Assembly: GCA_951406725.2 (NCBI GenBank) | Contig: OX597814.1 | Span: forward strand, 102,486,001 to 102,550,000 | Length of the DNA: 64,000 bases | Source: Octopus vulgaris | Taxonomy: Eukaryota | Direction: 5' to 3' | Part shown: piece after piece, positions 51,032 to 64,000 of the stretch | Layout of the letters: each line of letters opens with the position of its first letter | How positions within the stretch are numbered: position 1 is the stretch's first letter | The notes under the pieces: model-generated | The model's database searches: none | What the model was told of the DNA's origin: nothing | The model's input: the letters and a program-made list of their open reading frames with translations, nothing else | Made by a program: the position numbers and the translations under genes

Positions 51032-53526
51032 AATTTCATTGGCATTGAACCCATAACTAAATATAGCAACAATTCTGGCAAATATTTTCTATTTGTATGA
51101 TTAGATGGTAAACGTATATAAACCTGAAACATTTAGAATATCCTAGAGAAAGGCACCCAGCTTGCTTGTTATGTTGTGCTACACTTGAAATAGCCTTAAT
51201 CTCTTGGTGTAATTGTGTTTGTTCAGTAGGATACCTTGTTGAGATTAAAAAGCTTCCTTAAGTTTCATCAGAACTAGACAAATAATTGACTTGATCCTTA
51301 CCTAAATTTATCACTATGTCATTCTGTTGGAAATGGCAGGCTTCACTTTATATGAGGTAAAAATAGTTTCTTTGATCTTTCATCTTCATTTATGATCCTT
51401 AATCTAAGCTTAAACTCTTGTTTGATTTAATTAATGTCATATCAAAAGAATGAGGTTTCAATCTCTGGTGGTACTGTATATTTTACTCTTTATTCCTTCC
51501 ATTACCCATATCTACAACCGTCACTCACTCACTCACAAGCAAGTATGGCAGTTAACATGTACCATGCTTTCACTAACTGCTTTTGATGACTGTGTCGTCA
51601 TGAGCAGACACATTTTTGGTCTACCTACCCATGTTCCAGTAGAATATTGGGAATGTGACACGTGGAAAAAGAAGGTTCCACTGGTTCTCATTTTCAGCGG
51701 AGTTGACTGGAGCAGCATAAAATGAAGTGTTCTCTGTGAAGGTATGTGGCCTAGTGATTAAGGTCTTGAACTCATAATTATAGGGTCATAGGTTCAATTC
51801 TTGGACTGGGTAGTGCATTGTATCCTTGAACAAGACACTTCATTTCACACTGCTTCAGTCTACTCAGTTGAAAATGAATACCAGCTGAGTGCTGAGTAAT
51901 CCATTTTGTCTCCCTCAGACTGTCACATCCTCAATATTCCACTGGATCAATGAGTGGGTGGGCTGAGAGTGCTTGTAACTATATAGGCACCTTAATTAAC
52001 AAAAGCATGGTACATGCTACCAAGTCTTAGTCACTCACAAGTGGATGGCTTTTGATTAACCTGAACTTTGTATCTAACTCCAGAAAGGTTAGTCCAATGC
52101 TATTTGCAAGTACTTTTCACTGCTAACTTTTATCACTTCGCTCCCAGTATGCCTCATCTATTTCCATCACATGGTTGCTTCTTCTTCATTAGCAAACATC
52201 TTTGTTGCCTGTCACTTTCTCAACTGAGTTACATTCATTTTGTCTTATGTTACTATTACACACATAAACACAGAATGTAGTTCTCGGGGATAATCATTAC
52301 TATGCTGGATAGGAAACTTAGCGACATTTTGTCCATCTCTACATTCTCAGTTCAAATTCTGACAAGGTTGACTTTGTCTTTCATCCTTTCCGGGTTAATA
52401 AATAACTACCAGTTGAGCACTGGGACCAATTTAATTGACTTGGTCCCTCCCTAAAACTACTGGCCTTGTGCCAAAACTTGAAATCAATACTATACAACCC
52501 CAGCAATTTGCATTTAAGTTTTTCTTCCTATTCATTGCATACTTTCTAACCCCCTCTCCATATTCTACTTATATATATATCATATCGTTTTTAACTTCTT
52601 TTGTTTGTACTTATACCCCTCCCTCCAAAAAAACACCCCCTACTGTTAACCTTTTCTGTGTATTGTTTAAACAACTGTCATCCTTTTTTTTCATTCCCAC
52701 TATGCAGTACATTGATCAAGTACCTTCTACTATAAACTCTGGCTTGACCAATACAGTGGGAATGAAATTTGGTGAATAGAAATTGTTTACAAAGCCCATG
52801 TGTGTGTGTGTGTGTGTGTTTCTTGGCATCAAGGATGCTATTTTTTCTAGCATTAATCATGAAAATTTAATGTGTATCATAAAAGATGAAAGTTATATTT
52901 TTCATAAGCCAACTTTAATGTTATAGGAAGGTTATCTATGCTACTTAAGCATGTTATTGTACTGTAAAAGTAAATCCTGGTTATTAGTGATCAACAGGAT
53001 CTTTATGTTGGTTAAAGTATGTGAAACTGCTTATCTTTTTTTCAAAAATGTTTCAAATCACAGTTGGAGTAGTCTTTAAGGTTAGGTTTGGTAACCAGAA
53101 AATATAGTATTTGATACAGTATTACTGGTTAAAACAAGACTGGTGTTTAACCAACGTAAACAAAAAAAGGTACTGCAGTTGCGCTAAAAGGTTCTAAGGA
53201 TAGTACTTCAACATGGCTGCAGTTTAGTGACTGAAACTAATTAAAGAACAAACAAATCTATCTGTACCATTGTCTCCTAAAAGACTGCTAACAACAGCAT
53301 AGATTCTCTGTCAGAACATACATGTATCTTTTTTTACTTAGCACTTCTCTTTGATTTGTCATTCAAGAAAAACTTGAACATACATTCAACCTGTTAGATT
53401 TTTTTTTACTAGAATAATCTTTATGAGCCTATTAGTGTTGATTACATTGAAGATGGGTAAATTCAATGTAATTACATATGTCATAATTCTTCATTAGCAG
53501 CCCTGAACAGTCTGGACTTGATATTG

Positions 53527-53788
53527 TCATTCTTTTGGTGTGTTTTGATCAGGCAAGAATACAACTAGAACACTACTTGAACAATGAGATTTAGCCCATA
53601 TAAACATGCTAGATATTACACTTCTACCTAGTACTACAATTGAGAAGTTTATAGTGTCTAAATAGATGCTCTCATTAGTATGGACTGCAAAACTTATCTC
53701 ATTACCACCCACACTGCACTTCCACCCAGCTAACCTCTGCATGACACTGTGTTCAATAGATTTCCTGATTAAATCCAAAAGGTCATAT
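53527..53788 (-). pseudogene. Open exon YDLLDLIRKSIEHSVMQRLAGWKCSVGGNEISFAVH...NFSIVVLGRSVISSMFIW
   Basis: Acceptor cttaacactcAG, phase 2, in frame with the 59940-60176 exon; possibly a degenerate kinase N-lobe. Confidence 0.4.
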
Positions 53789-54689
53789 CTGAGTGTTAAG
53801 TATACAGTTGACTATCAGATTTCCGTGGATCTATTCAAGTCAAATTAACTGGGAGTACTTAACAGTAACAACAACAATAATCATTTAATTTGATGTATGT
53901 TGCATGTAATTTTATATTGAATCAATGAGATCAATGTTTTGTTTTTTTCTTCATCATCATTGTTGTTGTTTGTCTTCTGCTTTTTCTGTGCTGACATGAA
54001 TTGAATAAAGACTTACTGAAGCAATGTTGTGGCCAGATACCCTTCCTGATGCAGCCATTTTTATTTTCAAATTTATGTACTTATTTTACTGGTTTTCACA
54101 CATCAAAATGAGATCTAGGACAGTCAAAAGTCACTACTGCTTAAAGCGATGTGAATGCAGACACACACACACACATTTATACATTCATGCATATACATGT
54201 CATCATTATCACCATATGATAATGATGACATTATGTGCATGTGCACACACACACACATACACGTATCGCATTTTTATATTTCTACAGAAATTCAAGATGA
54301 ACATAAATATCACTAATCTAGGTAGACTATCAAATGTCAAGAATACTGATATGCAAATCAATGATGGAGAATGGTTTGGTCACTTGACAGAAGAATGTGT
54401 TGTTTGTTATAGTTCCTAGCATCAAATAATCAAGTTAATATAAGGAAAAAGGTATGAATACCAAACTGCTATTGATTAGAACCTGCTAATATTTCAGAGA
54501 GATGAACTGGCAGAATGATTAGGCACAGCAGTAGCTGTGTGGTAAGTAGTTTGCTTACCAACCACATGGGCAAATGTCTTCTGCTATTGCCTCAGGCCAA
54601 CTGAAGCCTTGTGATTGAATTTGGTTAGCAGGAGTTACTGTTGTGTGTGTACATGTGTAAGTGCTTGTCACTCGTAACAAAAAGGGCAA

Positions 54690-55080
54690 ATCATCATCAT
54701 TATCATCATTTAACGTCTGCTTTCCATGCTAGTAGGGGTTGGACAATTTGACTGAGGGTTGGCAAACCAGATGGCTGAACCAGGTTCCAATATTGATCTG
54801 GCAGAGTTTCTACAGCTGGATGCTCTTCCTAACGCCAACCACTCCAAGAGTGTAGTGGGTGCTTTTACGTGCCACTGGCACAGGGACCAGTAAGGCGGTA
54901 CTGGCAACGACCTCGCTCGAATGTTTTTTTTACGTGCCACCAGCACAAGTGCCAGTAAGGCAGTGCTGATAACGATCACGCTCGAATGGTGCCTTTTACA
55001 TGCCACCGGCACAGAAGCCAGTTGGTAATGATCACGCTCAGATGGTGCTCTTAGCACCCCACTAGCATGGGGCACAAGTA
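54690..55080 (-). mobile_element. RTE-tailed element with ~3 internal ~65-bp tandem units
   Basis: Unit ttttacgtgccac.ggcac...ccagtaaggc.gt.ctggcaacga.c.cgctcgaatg is repeated. Confidence 0.75.
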
Positions 55081-55545
55081 CTATATATATATATAAATAT
55101 ATATACATACACACATACACTACCTTTTATGTATTGAGTTCTGTATTTTATAAGTTCCTGTTGAATCAGCAGAAATTTTCATATATCATCATCAGCACCT
55201 TTCATGGTGGTGTGGATTGAGCATAACAGCTCATCAGAGAGTATTTTACTCGTGTTTCATTTTGATTTGGTTACTAAACAAGTGTCATGTCCTCAACAAG
55301 ATTGAGTTTTCACAGCTTCACACCTTGCACAATGTACTGGATACATTTCTCATGACACCAACACTAGAGAAGTGATCATGTCCTCGAGTATGGTTAAAAG
55401 GACTTAATATCCCCCAACATTCTGCTTGTTCATCAGCTTTTTTACTGAGTGAGAAGCATGAGTGATAGATACAGACTTTAAGAAGCATCTATGCTTATCT
55501 ATCTATCTATATATATATATATAAGACCAAAGTGTATGCACGCTG

Positions 55546-55589
<44 letters not shown>

Positions 55590-55590
<1 letters not shown>

Positions 55591-56084
55591 GAGGCGCAAT
55601 GGCCCAGTGGTTAGGGCAGCAGACTCGCAGGTTATAGGATCGCAGTTTCAATTCCCAGATCAGGCATTGTGAGTGTTTATTGAGCGAAAACACCTAAAGC
55701 TCCACGAGGCTCTGACAGGGAGTGGTGGTGTACTCTTTCACCACAACTTTCTCTTACTCTTTTTTCCTGTTTCTGTTGTACTTGTATTTCAAAGGGCCAG
55801 CCTTGTCACACTTTGTGTCAGGGTGAATCTCCCCGAGAACTACATTAAGGGTACACGTGTCTGTGGAGTGCTCTGCCACTTGCATGTTAATAAATAAGCT
55901 GCAATGTCACTGGTGCCAAGCTGTATCAGCCTTTGCCTTTCCCTTGGATAGTATCGGTAGCGTGGAGAAGGGAGGCCGGTATGCATGGGTGACTGCTGGT
56001 CTTCCACAAACAACCTTGCCCAAACTTGTGCCTCAGAGGGTAACTTTCTAGGTGCAATCCCATAGTCATGACTGAAGGGGGTCT

Positions 56085-56085
<1 letters not shown>
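55590..56085 (+). mobile_element. Chimeric tRNA-SINE (5' of one family fused to 3' of another) between (TA)n tracts
   Basis: 5' half matches the 4546 family; 3' half matches the 48838 family. Confidence 0.7.
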
Positions 56086-56134
<49 letters not shown>

Positions 56135-56385
56135 TGGGACAAGAACGCAAAACATTCAGACAGTTAGGTGATACAAAAATGGGATAACAAAACATCCAGA
56201 TAGATGATACAAAGAAAACAAAGACAGGTCATTCGGAGTTTTCTTTTCTCAGTTAAGTTCCAGATTATCTTTGCAAAATCTTGTACAACTCTATTCTTTT
56301 ATTCTTTCCTTCTTTCTATTAGCCCTTTCATGCTTACTTTGTTCATTCCACTCTTCATTCTTTCGTTCTCCCTCTCTCACATTTA

Positions 56386-56436
<51 letters not shown>

Positions 56437-57106
56437 CATAGATGCTTCTAAAAGTTTGCTTACTATGTACATGGTTTCTGGTTCAGTCTCAACCACATGG
56501 CACCATAGATAGGTTGACCAAAGCCTTTTGAGTGGATTTGGTAGGCAGAAACTGAAAGAAGTTTGTCGTGTGCGTGTTACTTTTTCATTGTCATGACTTT
56601 GTGTGATAGTTGACACACAAGGAATGTGTTGGTGACAAAGAAAGGAATCTAGTCACAGAAAATCCACTTCACCAAATTATGTTTGAAAAGTGGACATTAC
56701 AATGGTGATGATGATAAGCAAAAACAAATGATATAGACATAGGGTGAGGATCAACCTAAAACTACTGGGTTGTGAGGCTAACTTCTTAACCACACAGGTA
56801 TGCTAATGATCTAAGTCTAAAAACAATTTATCTCACTATTATCTACATTAAAGATAAGAATATCCATGAAGTATTCAGTGTCATGTATAGGGATAATCCT
56901 ACAGTATATAGCCAGAAACTATGTCATCTATACTGTTTATTGTTGTTCATCTTCAAGTCAACCCTGACTTGTGATGTGAGGTGCTCCAGGAACGATCATT
57001 CTACCTTTTTTGTATATCTAGGGTTATATTAGTCTAATGCATTTTTAAAGATATGATTTGCATGAATTTGGCTGCTATTTCTAGTGACTCTAATGATCAT
57101 GTAGAG

Positions 57107-57405
57107 CACTGGTCCTCAACCGTTTTTTACCTATGGACCTCTTTATGTGCTATATTATTCTGGTGGACCCCCATAGCCATTCATTATTTAAAAACTAATT
57201 TATAGTGACTTCTTTCAAAGTTCCTATTTTATTATTTATTCATTCACTTGTATAGGTTGAACTATATAAAATGTTTCAGAAAGAAACTCAACTGTTTCTT
57301 ATAATACATACATTTAAATCAAAAGTTTTTGTGGATCCCCAGTTTACTATTTTGCTAGCATTGGACACTCAAAAATCTCATCTGGACCCAAATTTGGAAC
57401 CACTG
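57107..57405. mobile_element. hAT MITE with perfect 8-bp TSD
   Basis: ATGTAGAG on both sides; ends CACTGGTCCTCAA / TTGGAACCACTG. Confidence 0.85.
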
Positions 57406-59198
57406 ATGTAGAGACTCCTTTGGTAACTTGTTTATAAAGTGATATATCAATTGGAGGGCGAATAATCTCTGTTCTTATTTTCGTAATTTTGAAATTGAAT
57501 TCTTATCTTTTACTTGTTTCAATGATTGAACTGTAGCCATGCTGGAGCATTGCCTTGAAGGGTTTAGTCAAGCAAATCAACCCCAGTACTTATTTCCTAA
57601 GTCTGGTATTCAATTGATCTCTTTTTGCCAAACTAGTAAGTTATGGGTATGTAAACAAACCAATGCTGGTTGTCAAGTAGTGGTGGGTGACAAACATAGA
57701 CACACACACATACATTTACACACACACACATAATGTGACAGGCTACTACATGGTTTCCCTCTACCAAATTCACTCACATGGCATCAGTTAGCTCAGGGCT
57801 ATCATACAAGACATTTGTCCAAGGTGATACACTGGGACTGAACTCAAAACCATATGGTTAGAAAGCAAGCTTCTTAACCATGCCTGTACCTATTGTGTTG
57901 TATTTTCTTGTAGTTGTTTTAGCTATGCAGCTGCGGTCATGCTGGGGCACATCTAGGATTTTTAAAGGAATATCTTTGATATATTTATTCAAAAACAAAA
58001 GTTACACAATATAACAAGGTATATTTATATGGAAAATTTTTGGAATAAAGCTGACATCCTATATATAGCATAAAGGAATAGGGATTTAAAATCCAGGCAG
58101 GTACCTTATAAGCACTCTCTTAAAATCCAGCTCTGGCTAGCCACCTCAAATCAGAACCATTTAAGATAATCTTTTAAACTGTACTTTATTCAATAGGTAA
58201 ATCTTGAGTTTGCTTCACTGGATTTCTTACAGCATACAGAGTATATAATCATGACATTGTAATGGAAAATTATACATCTTCAAAATTTATTTATTAAAGT
58301 ATTTTCTTCATATTTCATGTTCCCTCACCAAAAGTATACTTCAAGAACTTACATCTAATACTTGAATCTCTGTTGTAGCTGGAACAAGGAAGACGTGTTC
58401 TTGTTTGTCTCCTGTCCTAGCTTGATTTACACATTCGCTACCACAACCTCATTTAGGTTTAGCAGCCCTTCCTGCTTGTGTTACCTATTTTGACCCTCCA
58501 CAAAATCCCAAATTTTATTTAATTTGCTTTGCGAGAGCAACTGTTTTATCAAAAGCGTATATTGTTAAATGCTCAAAATACAAGACTAGAAAAACAACCA
58601 ACAACTGATGAAGGGTCATTCTTTATGTTGTTTGTTTTGCTTTCCATTTGAGTCTTTTGTTGTTTGAAAGAATAGTTCATGTTCCATGTACTCGTGCTTT
58701 GTACTTTTTTGCTGTACACGTTTCATGACATCCTGTGCCCACATATGCATATATATATATATATATGAATGATGAATTCATAATGCATATGGACTAAAGC
58801 TGAATGTCTCATATAGGTCTCCTTGATCAGAGTAGATGTGAAGACTAAATAAGTATACAAACTCTACTCCTTTTCACACAAAATAGCAAACAGAACACAC
58901 ACACACTCATGTGCACAGAGTAATAAATCTATGCTAAAGCTTTGACTTGTTAGCTTTGTACTTTTATCTCATTCACATGTTTCAATGTGTGCAGTTGAGG
59001 TTGGCTATTCAAAATATTTAGTTACGAGTTTATAATTCTAGTTCATACACACACACACACAACGCCAAACTTTACGTGTTCATAACAACATAAGAATAAT
59101 ATTTAACATGCTTTTGCTCTTGAGTGGAAGGAGGAAGAAACAAATTCTTCAATATAAAACTGAATTTTGTTCAACATGCCATCAGATATGAAATTAAT

Positions 59199-59558
59199 TA
59201 CTCTTTCACTCGTTTCGGTCATTTGACTGTGGCCATGCTGGAGTACTGCCTTTAGTCGAGCTAATCGACCCCAGGACTTATTTTTTGTAAGCCTAGTACT
59301 TATTCTATCGGTCTCTTTTGCCAAACTGCTAAGTTACGGGGGACGTAAACATGCCAGCATCGGTTGTCAAGCGATGTTGGGGACACACATATATACGACG
59401 GGCTTCTTTCAGTTTCCGTCTAACAAATCTACTCACAAGGCTTTGGTCGGCCTGAGGCTATAATAGAAGACACTTGCCCAAGTTGCCATGCAGTTGGACT
59501 GAACCCGGAACGATGTGGTTCGTAAGCAAGGTACTTACCACACAGCCACTCCTGCGCC
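59199..59558 (-). mobile_element. Well-preserved copy of the most abundant SINE (GGCGCAGGAGTGGCTGTGTGG family)
   Basis: CpGs retained; many older copies, e.g. 7315, 9815, 18800, 19535, 27400, 38928, 47845 and 57500. Confidence 0.9.
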
Positions 59559-59939
59559 TATGCCAATATTTATTTACATCCTACAGCTATAATAAACCCT
59601 AGTTACATAATTCATTAATAATTATTTTATTTCTCGCCATATTACGTATCTTGAATTTATTCACAATATATTTGTTTCTGTAATTTCAGCACATTTTTTT
59701 TTTGATTATTCTATTTATTTAATTATAATTTTTTATTTAAATTATCTTTCTTTAATCCCATTATGATTATCCTCATATACTTTCATTTGTTTCTATAAAT
59801 ATATGAGAATGATTAATATAATTACAATTGTTGAATAGGGAAATGTTCTTCAACAAACTATTTTGAATAGTAACATTGTTTTTGGTTTTCTTTTTAGTTT
59901 TATTTAAATAACTACTACTTTATGGCTATGCCCTTCTAC

Positions 59940-60176
59940 CTTAATTTCTGTAAATCTTTTTTTATATATAAATATATACCATTTCTTTTTAGATTATTGA
60001 TGTATCTTTCTGTTATATTAGTATATATGTAGGAGTTATATTTAGGTGGCAGTGTATTGTTTGTTTCGTAGTATCTACTCTCCACCAGTTTCTGAACATC
60101 AGTAGATGATAACATTTGAGTGATACCATATGGTTTTTGAAGTTGTACCAAAATAATCAGATACAGCAGGGCATTT
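59940..60176 (-). pseudogene. Open 237-nt phase 2-2 exon NALLYLIILVQLQKPYGITQMLSSTDVQKLVESRYYETNNTL...KKDLQKL
   Basis: Acceptor tttgaaaacAG, donor AG|GTAGAA, no stop, length divisible by 3. Confidence 0.4.
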
Positions 60177-60339
60177 CTGTTTTCAAATATATGTTAGAAA
60201 GAATGGTGAAGATACACGCCATAGTTCTAAAAACAGTGATTGCTCTTTCATAATAACCTTTGTCTTTTATTACACTTTTAAAGTATACAGTATATATTCC
60301 ACTATAATACTATTATATATATTACATAAGGGAGGGTCT

Positions 60340-60720
60340 ATGAATGAGTGATTTTGGTGTCTATGCACAAATACATGTCCTACAGACTGATAATAGCATT
60401 CTTTGTCATTTATATCCCAGTGGTGTTTTTTTACAGACCTATATTGTCAAACATATTGTCTCTCTCTCTCTCAACAATTTCCACAGTAGTCTTTCTATGT
60501 TTGAGTGTATGCAAAGGTATCATATAATTGTAGACACCTGTAATTTCAATCATTGCTTCTTAATTCACCATAGCTGATGAAGCATAACAATGTAGAAATG
60601 TGTGTCCATGGTCCAATGATATCATTCATGGTCTCATGGTGTTCTTTTCACTCATTGTCTGTCAGGAGAATTTCTTTCCCAAGACTATTTTTCAAGTGAA
60701 ATGTTTGATAGTGTACAAAG
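60340..60720 (-). pseudogene. Exon relic with TGA/TAG stops (HLKNSLGKEILLTDNE*KEHHETMNDIIGPWTHISTLLCFISYGELRS...HWDINDKECYYQSVGHVF)
   Basis: Long protein-like frame with point stops. Confidence 0.3.
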
Positions 60721-62158
60721 TCTTAAATATAATTATAAACCCCTATGTGTGTGTGTGTATATATATATATATGTGTGTGTATGTATTCTTTAATACCTTT
60801 GAAATTTGGGGCTTCCCTCAATACTCATAAACTTATATACTTTTGCAATTTTATTCAGCTTCATATGCTTCCACAGTACTTCTGCAATATTAGAAATAGT
60901 TTTTTTTTTTCTTTTCTCTTTCCTCAAATTTATGTTCTGATATACTGATTTCCTACACTAGCATAAGGCTGTAAACTCTGGTTGTGGGTGAGAGAGTAGT
61001 TCATTTGAATGACTGGTACTTATTTCATTAGTGCCTTCTATGGTAATCATTTCCAACAAATGGGAAAACTGATTTAGAAATATTGGTATGTCTATTAGAT
61101 CTGATAGTATTTAAAATAAACTGAAATCATTTTAAATGTTAGATCTAAGATTGAAGTTTAATTAGACTAAGAAGTTGATTTATTTCATTAACTATGAATG
61201 AATTGCTGCTTCCTTTTGGAATATGTAATGTAGAGCCTGAATAGAAAACCAGAATAAGTTTATTTTGGGTAGACTTATAGTAAGAGTTATTTCTTAAAGA
61301 GCAAAGGATATCTTGAAGAAAACTCGTAAATCATCTTCCTAATCATTATAGCACAGCTTCCTTTGACCAGTCCATATGTGACCTCAACCTGTTAGATTTA
61401 GCAACCTGATTACCCTCAAAGAACATCATACCATCCTAAAAAAAGAGAAGAACATGTTGCTTAATGTAATTTTTGATACACTCAAGCTGAAAAAATAAGA
61501 CAGGATAGTCATGGCTGGACTGCCTTTCAGCATATGTCTGACCTAATCCTAAATAACAGCCACAATAACTTACTCTTATAGTCAATCACATAAGATGCTA
61601 TCAAACATGTTTCTACATATACAAACTTTAACACACCAAAGTGAATTGCTATTGAAAGGAAGCTGTCAAATAGCTGCAATACTTCTCTATGCTTTAAAGT
61701 ATTAGTTTTCTGATTGCTTTGTTGCCTTCCTGTGACAGTTTTAACCTAAGTCTTTACGTTGGAAATTGTCTTATATATTGGTCCAAACAACTGCATGGTT
61801 ATTGTTTCATAATATTGATTTGCTTCAGTTGTAGAAATAGTACGCTCGATCCTCATCCTAAACACAAATCAATCAATCCCCTTATCTAGCCAATGCAAGC
61901 CATTTTGATATCACTAATTCCTTCCCTTATCTCTTCATGCTTTTTAAAATAATGTTCTTATTTGTTAGGATTATTTCAAGTCTCTTGTTTTTTTAGATGC
62001 TAACATGAGCAGATTTAGAAATTATTTTTTGTTTAAGAATTATTTTCCTTTTCTATGGTATAGGACTAGCAAGTGTTTTACACAGTAAATGAGACAGTTT
62101 TGAGAATACTTTTCTATTGTAAATTTATCACTGACTGTTAATTTAAATTCATATTTGT

Positions 62159-62390
62159 TTAACCCTTTAGCATTTACATTATTTTGTCAAATGTAATGCT
62201 TAATTTATTCACATTGATTTGAATTAATCATGCATTATCTTGTAGCTTTGAGATTTCAATGAAGTGATAGTATATTTTTACAATGACATTCTTATGTAGG
62301 TGTGAGACACCAGATCTGCCCAGTTTGAACATAAAACAGGTATAAAAAATTTTGGGCCAAATATAACCAGTTTAAATACTAAAGAGTTAA
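62159..62390. mobile_element. piggyBac-like MITE (TTAA-CCCTTTAGC family)
   Basis: TTAA flanks, degenerate right TIR. Confidence 0.85.
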
Positions 62391-63154
62391 AAAAAGACCT
62401 CATAAATGGGTGGGGTGAGGGAACTCTCTAGACACTAGTTTGGCTTTAAAAATTTACCCTCATGAATGTCACAATACGACTATATACACACACTACAAAA
62501 TTTGTAGATACTGGAGTAGAACATTAGCAGTAACTGTGAAGGAATACTTTAGGGTTGGCATGAAAAACTGCATTGATTTTTACCTTTGTCCAGTATCTTC
62601 TAAAAGTATGAAGAGAAAGACATAGATACAGGTGAACTGTTCTCTTAAAGTGATTACTATCTACCTAAGCAAATCATTTTAAGAATGTAAATCTATTTAA
62701 TCAATATGTATATAATACCTAATTATATATGTGTATAGCTACATTATATATGCAAGGGTAGGCATGGCTGTGAGTTCACTTTGTAACTGTATGGATCTGG
62801 ATTCAGTTCTACTTCATGACCACTTGATCAAATGTCTTTAGCTATGTGTATGAAACTGGTTGACAGAATGGAAAGCCTGTATGTGTGTGTGTGTGTGTGA
62901 ATGTCATATTCTCATTATCACCACTTGAGCAGAACAGTGTCTTTGTTTTTATTTTCCAGTAAGCAAGGTTTGTGTAGTTTCAGCTACACATCATCATCAT
63001 AATCATCATCATTTAACATCCATCTTTCATGCTGGCATGGGTTGGACAGTTTGTCAAGAGCTGGCGACTCGGAGGATTGTTCTGAGCTCCACTGTCTGTT
63101 TTGGCATGGGTTTTTACGGCTAACCTCTTCACAGAGTGGTCTAGATGTTTTTTT

Positions 63155-63285
63155 TACGTGGTACCAACACAGCAAGGTCTGTTTTGACATTATTTTCACA
63201 TGGTACCAACACAGCAAGGTCTGTTTTAACATGGCTTTTACATGGTACTAGCACTGGCAAAGTCTGTTTTGACATAATTTTCACA
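63155..63285. repeat. ~42-bp tandem repeat (3 units) inside an RTE-tailed element
   Basis: ac.tggtaccaacacagcaaggtctgtttt.acat repeated. Confidence 0.8.
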
Positions 63286-64000
63286 GCTAGATACCCTTCC
63301 TAATTACAAGCGCTTTAAAGAGTGACCTGGGTAGTTTTCATGTGGCACCAGTGCCAGTGAGGTCTGTTTGGCATAGTTTTTATGGCTCTTTCAATTTGTG
63401 AGGGCTAGAAGAATGAAAACACCTTACTTGGAAAACAGGTCAGGATTGACAACAGGAAGAGCATCTAGCCATAGAAAATAAGCCATTAGTTTTGTCTAAC
63501 GTCTGAAAGCACAGAACAAAAGACATAGAAAGGATAATGATGATGATGGTATAATATATAAGAACATATGTTTTTGTACATTGCCATCTGTTGTTTGAAA
63601 TAATTGTAAATAGTCATAATAAAAGCTGTTTTTCAAATGCTCAAATCAGTAGCTGATTAATAATTTTTGCTAGCAGAATGATAGGAATTCATAATGGTAA
63701 TTTTTTGAGCTTTTATATGTGTAAGTCATCAAATTTTTACCCCAAATAAGTCACCCAGTTTACAATATTAAATTCCTGTTTTAATTATTCAAAATTATTT
63801 ACAAAAACTACTTCTGCTTCTCAACTGTTGCATTGCCCAGTGGTAAGGATGTTAAGCTCATGATCATAAGATTGTGAGTTCATATCCTGGGCCCATGAGC
63901 AAGATACTTCATTTTGTGTTGCTCCAGTCTACCAAGCTGTAATGAGTACCAACCAGCTGATAATGCAGTGCTCTATCTCTCTCTCTCACATCCTGGATGC

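Noticed and set aside
54858-63285. Short tandem units (54858-55060 and 63155-63285) as CRISPR-like arrays
   Set aside because: No unique spacers, eukaryotic context, and they lie inside RTE-tailed retroelements.

Overview
AT-rich, repeat-dense eukaryotic genomic DNA, most likely from an octopus or other coleoid cephalopod. This assignment is an inference from the tRNA-derived SINE families, RTE-LINE tails ending in (GAT)n and abundant (TA)n/(CA)n tracts. No intact multi-exon gene, RNA gene or prokaryotic system is visible, and most listed ORFs are microsatellite or SINE artefacts. Clear features are a dead mariner transposase (16.1-17.1 kb), a head-to-tail dimer of a non-autonomous Helitron (37.4-38.45 kb), piggyBac/hAT/Tc1-type MITEs with target-site duplications, CR1/L2-like and RTE LINE relics, a ~1.36 kb palindrome (49.7-51.0 kb) and Penelope-type ends with minimal hammerhead-ribozyme motifs. 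The main non-repeat signal is a chain of minus-strand exon relics spread across the window. They have canonical splice sites, some phase-compatible junctions, an internal two-exon duplication and many premature stops. By eye they repeatedly resemble the helical region preceding the kinase domain of DSTYK-like kinases, suggesting a decayed multi-module gene or tandem paralog array; this homology is recalled, not computed. A CpG-retaining domain (~36-46 kb) flanked by CpG-depleted DNA probably marks an unmethylated promoter region with a candidate first exon at ~44.33-44.51 kb.
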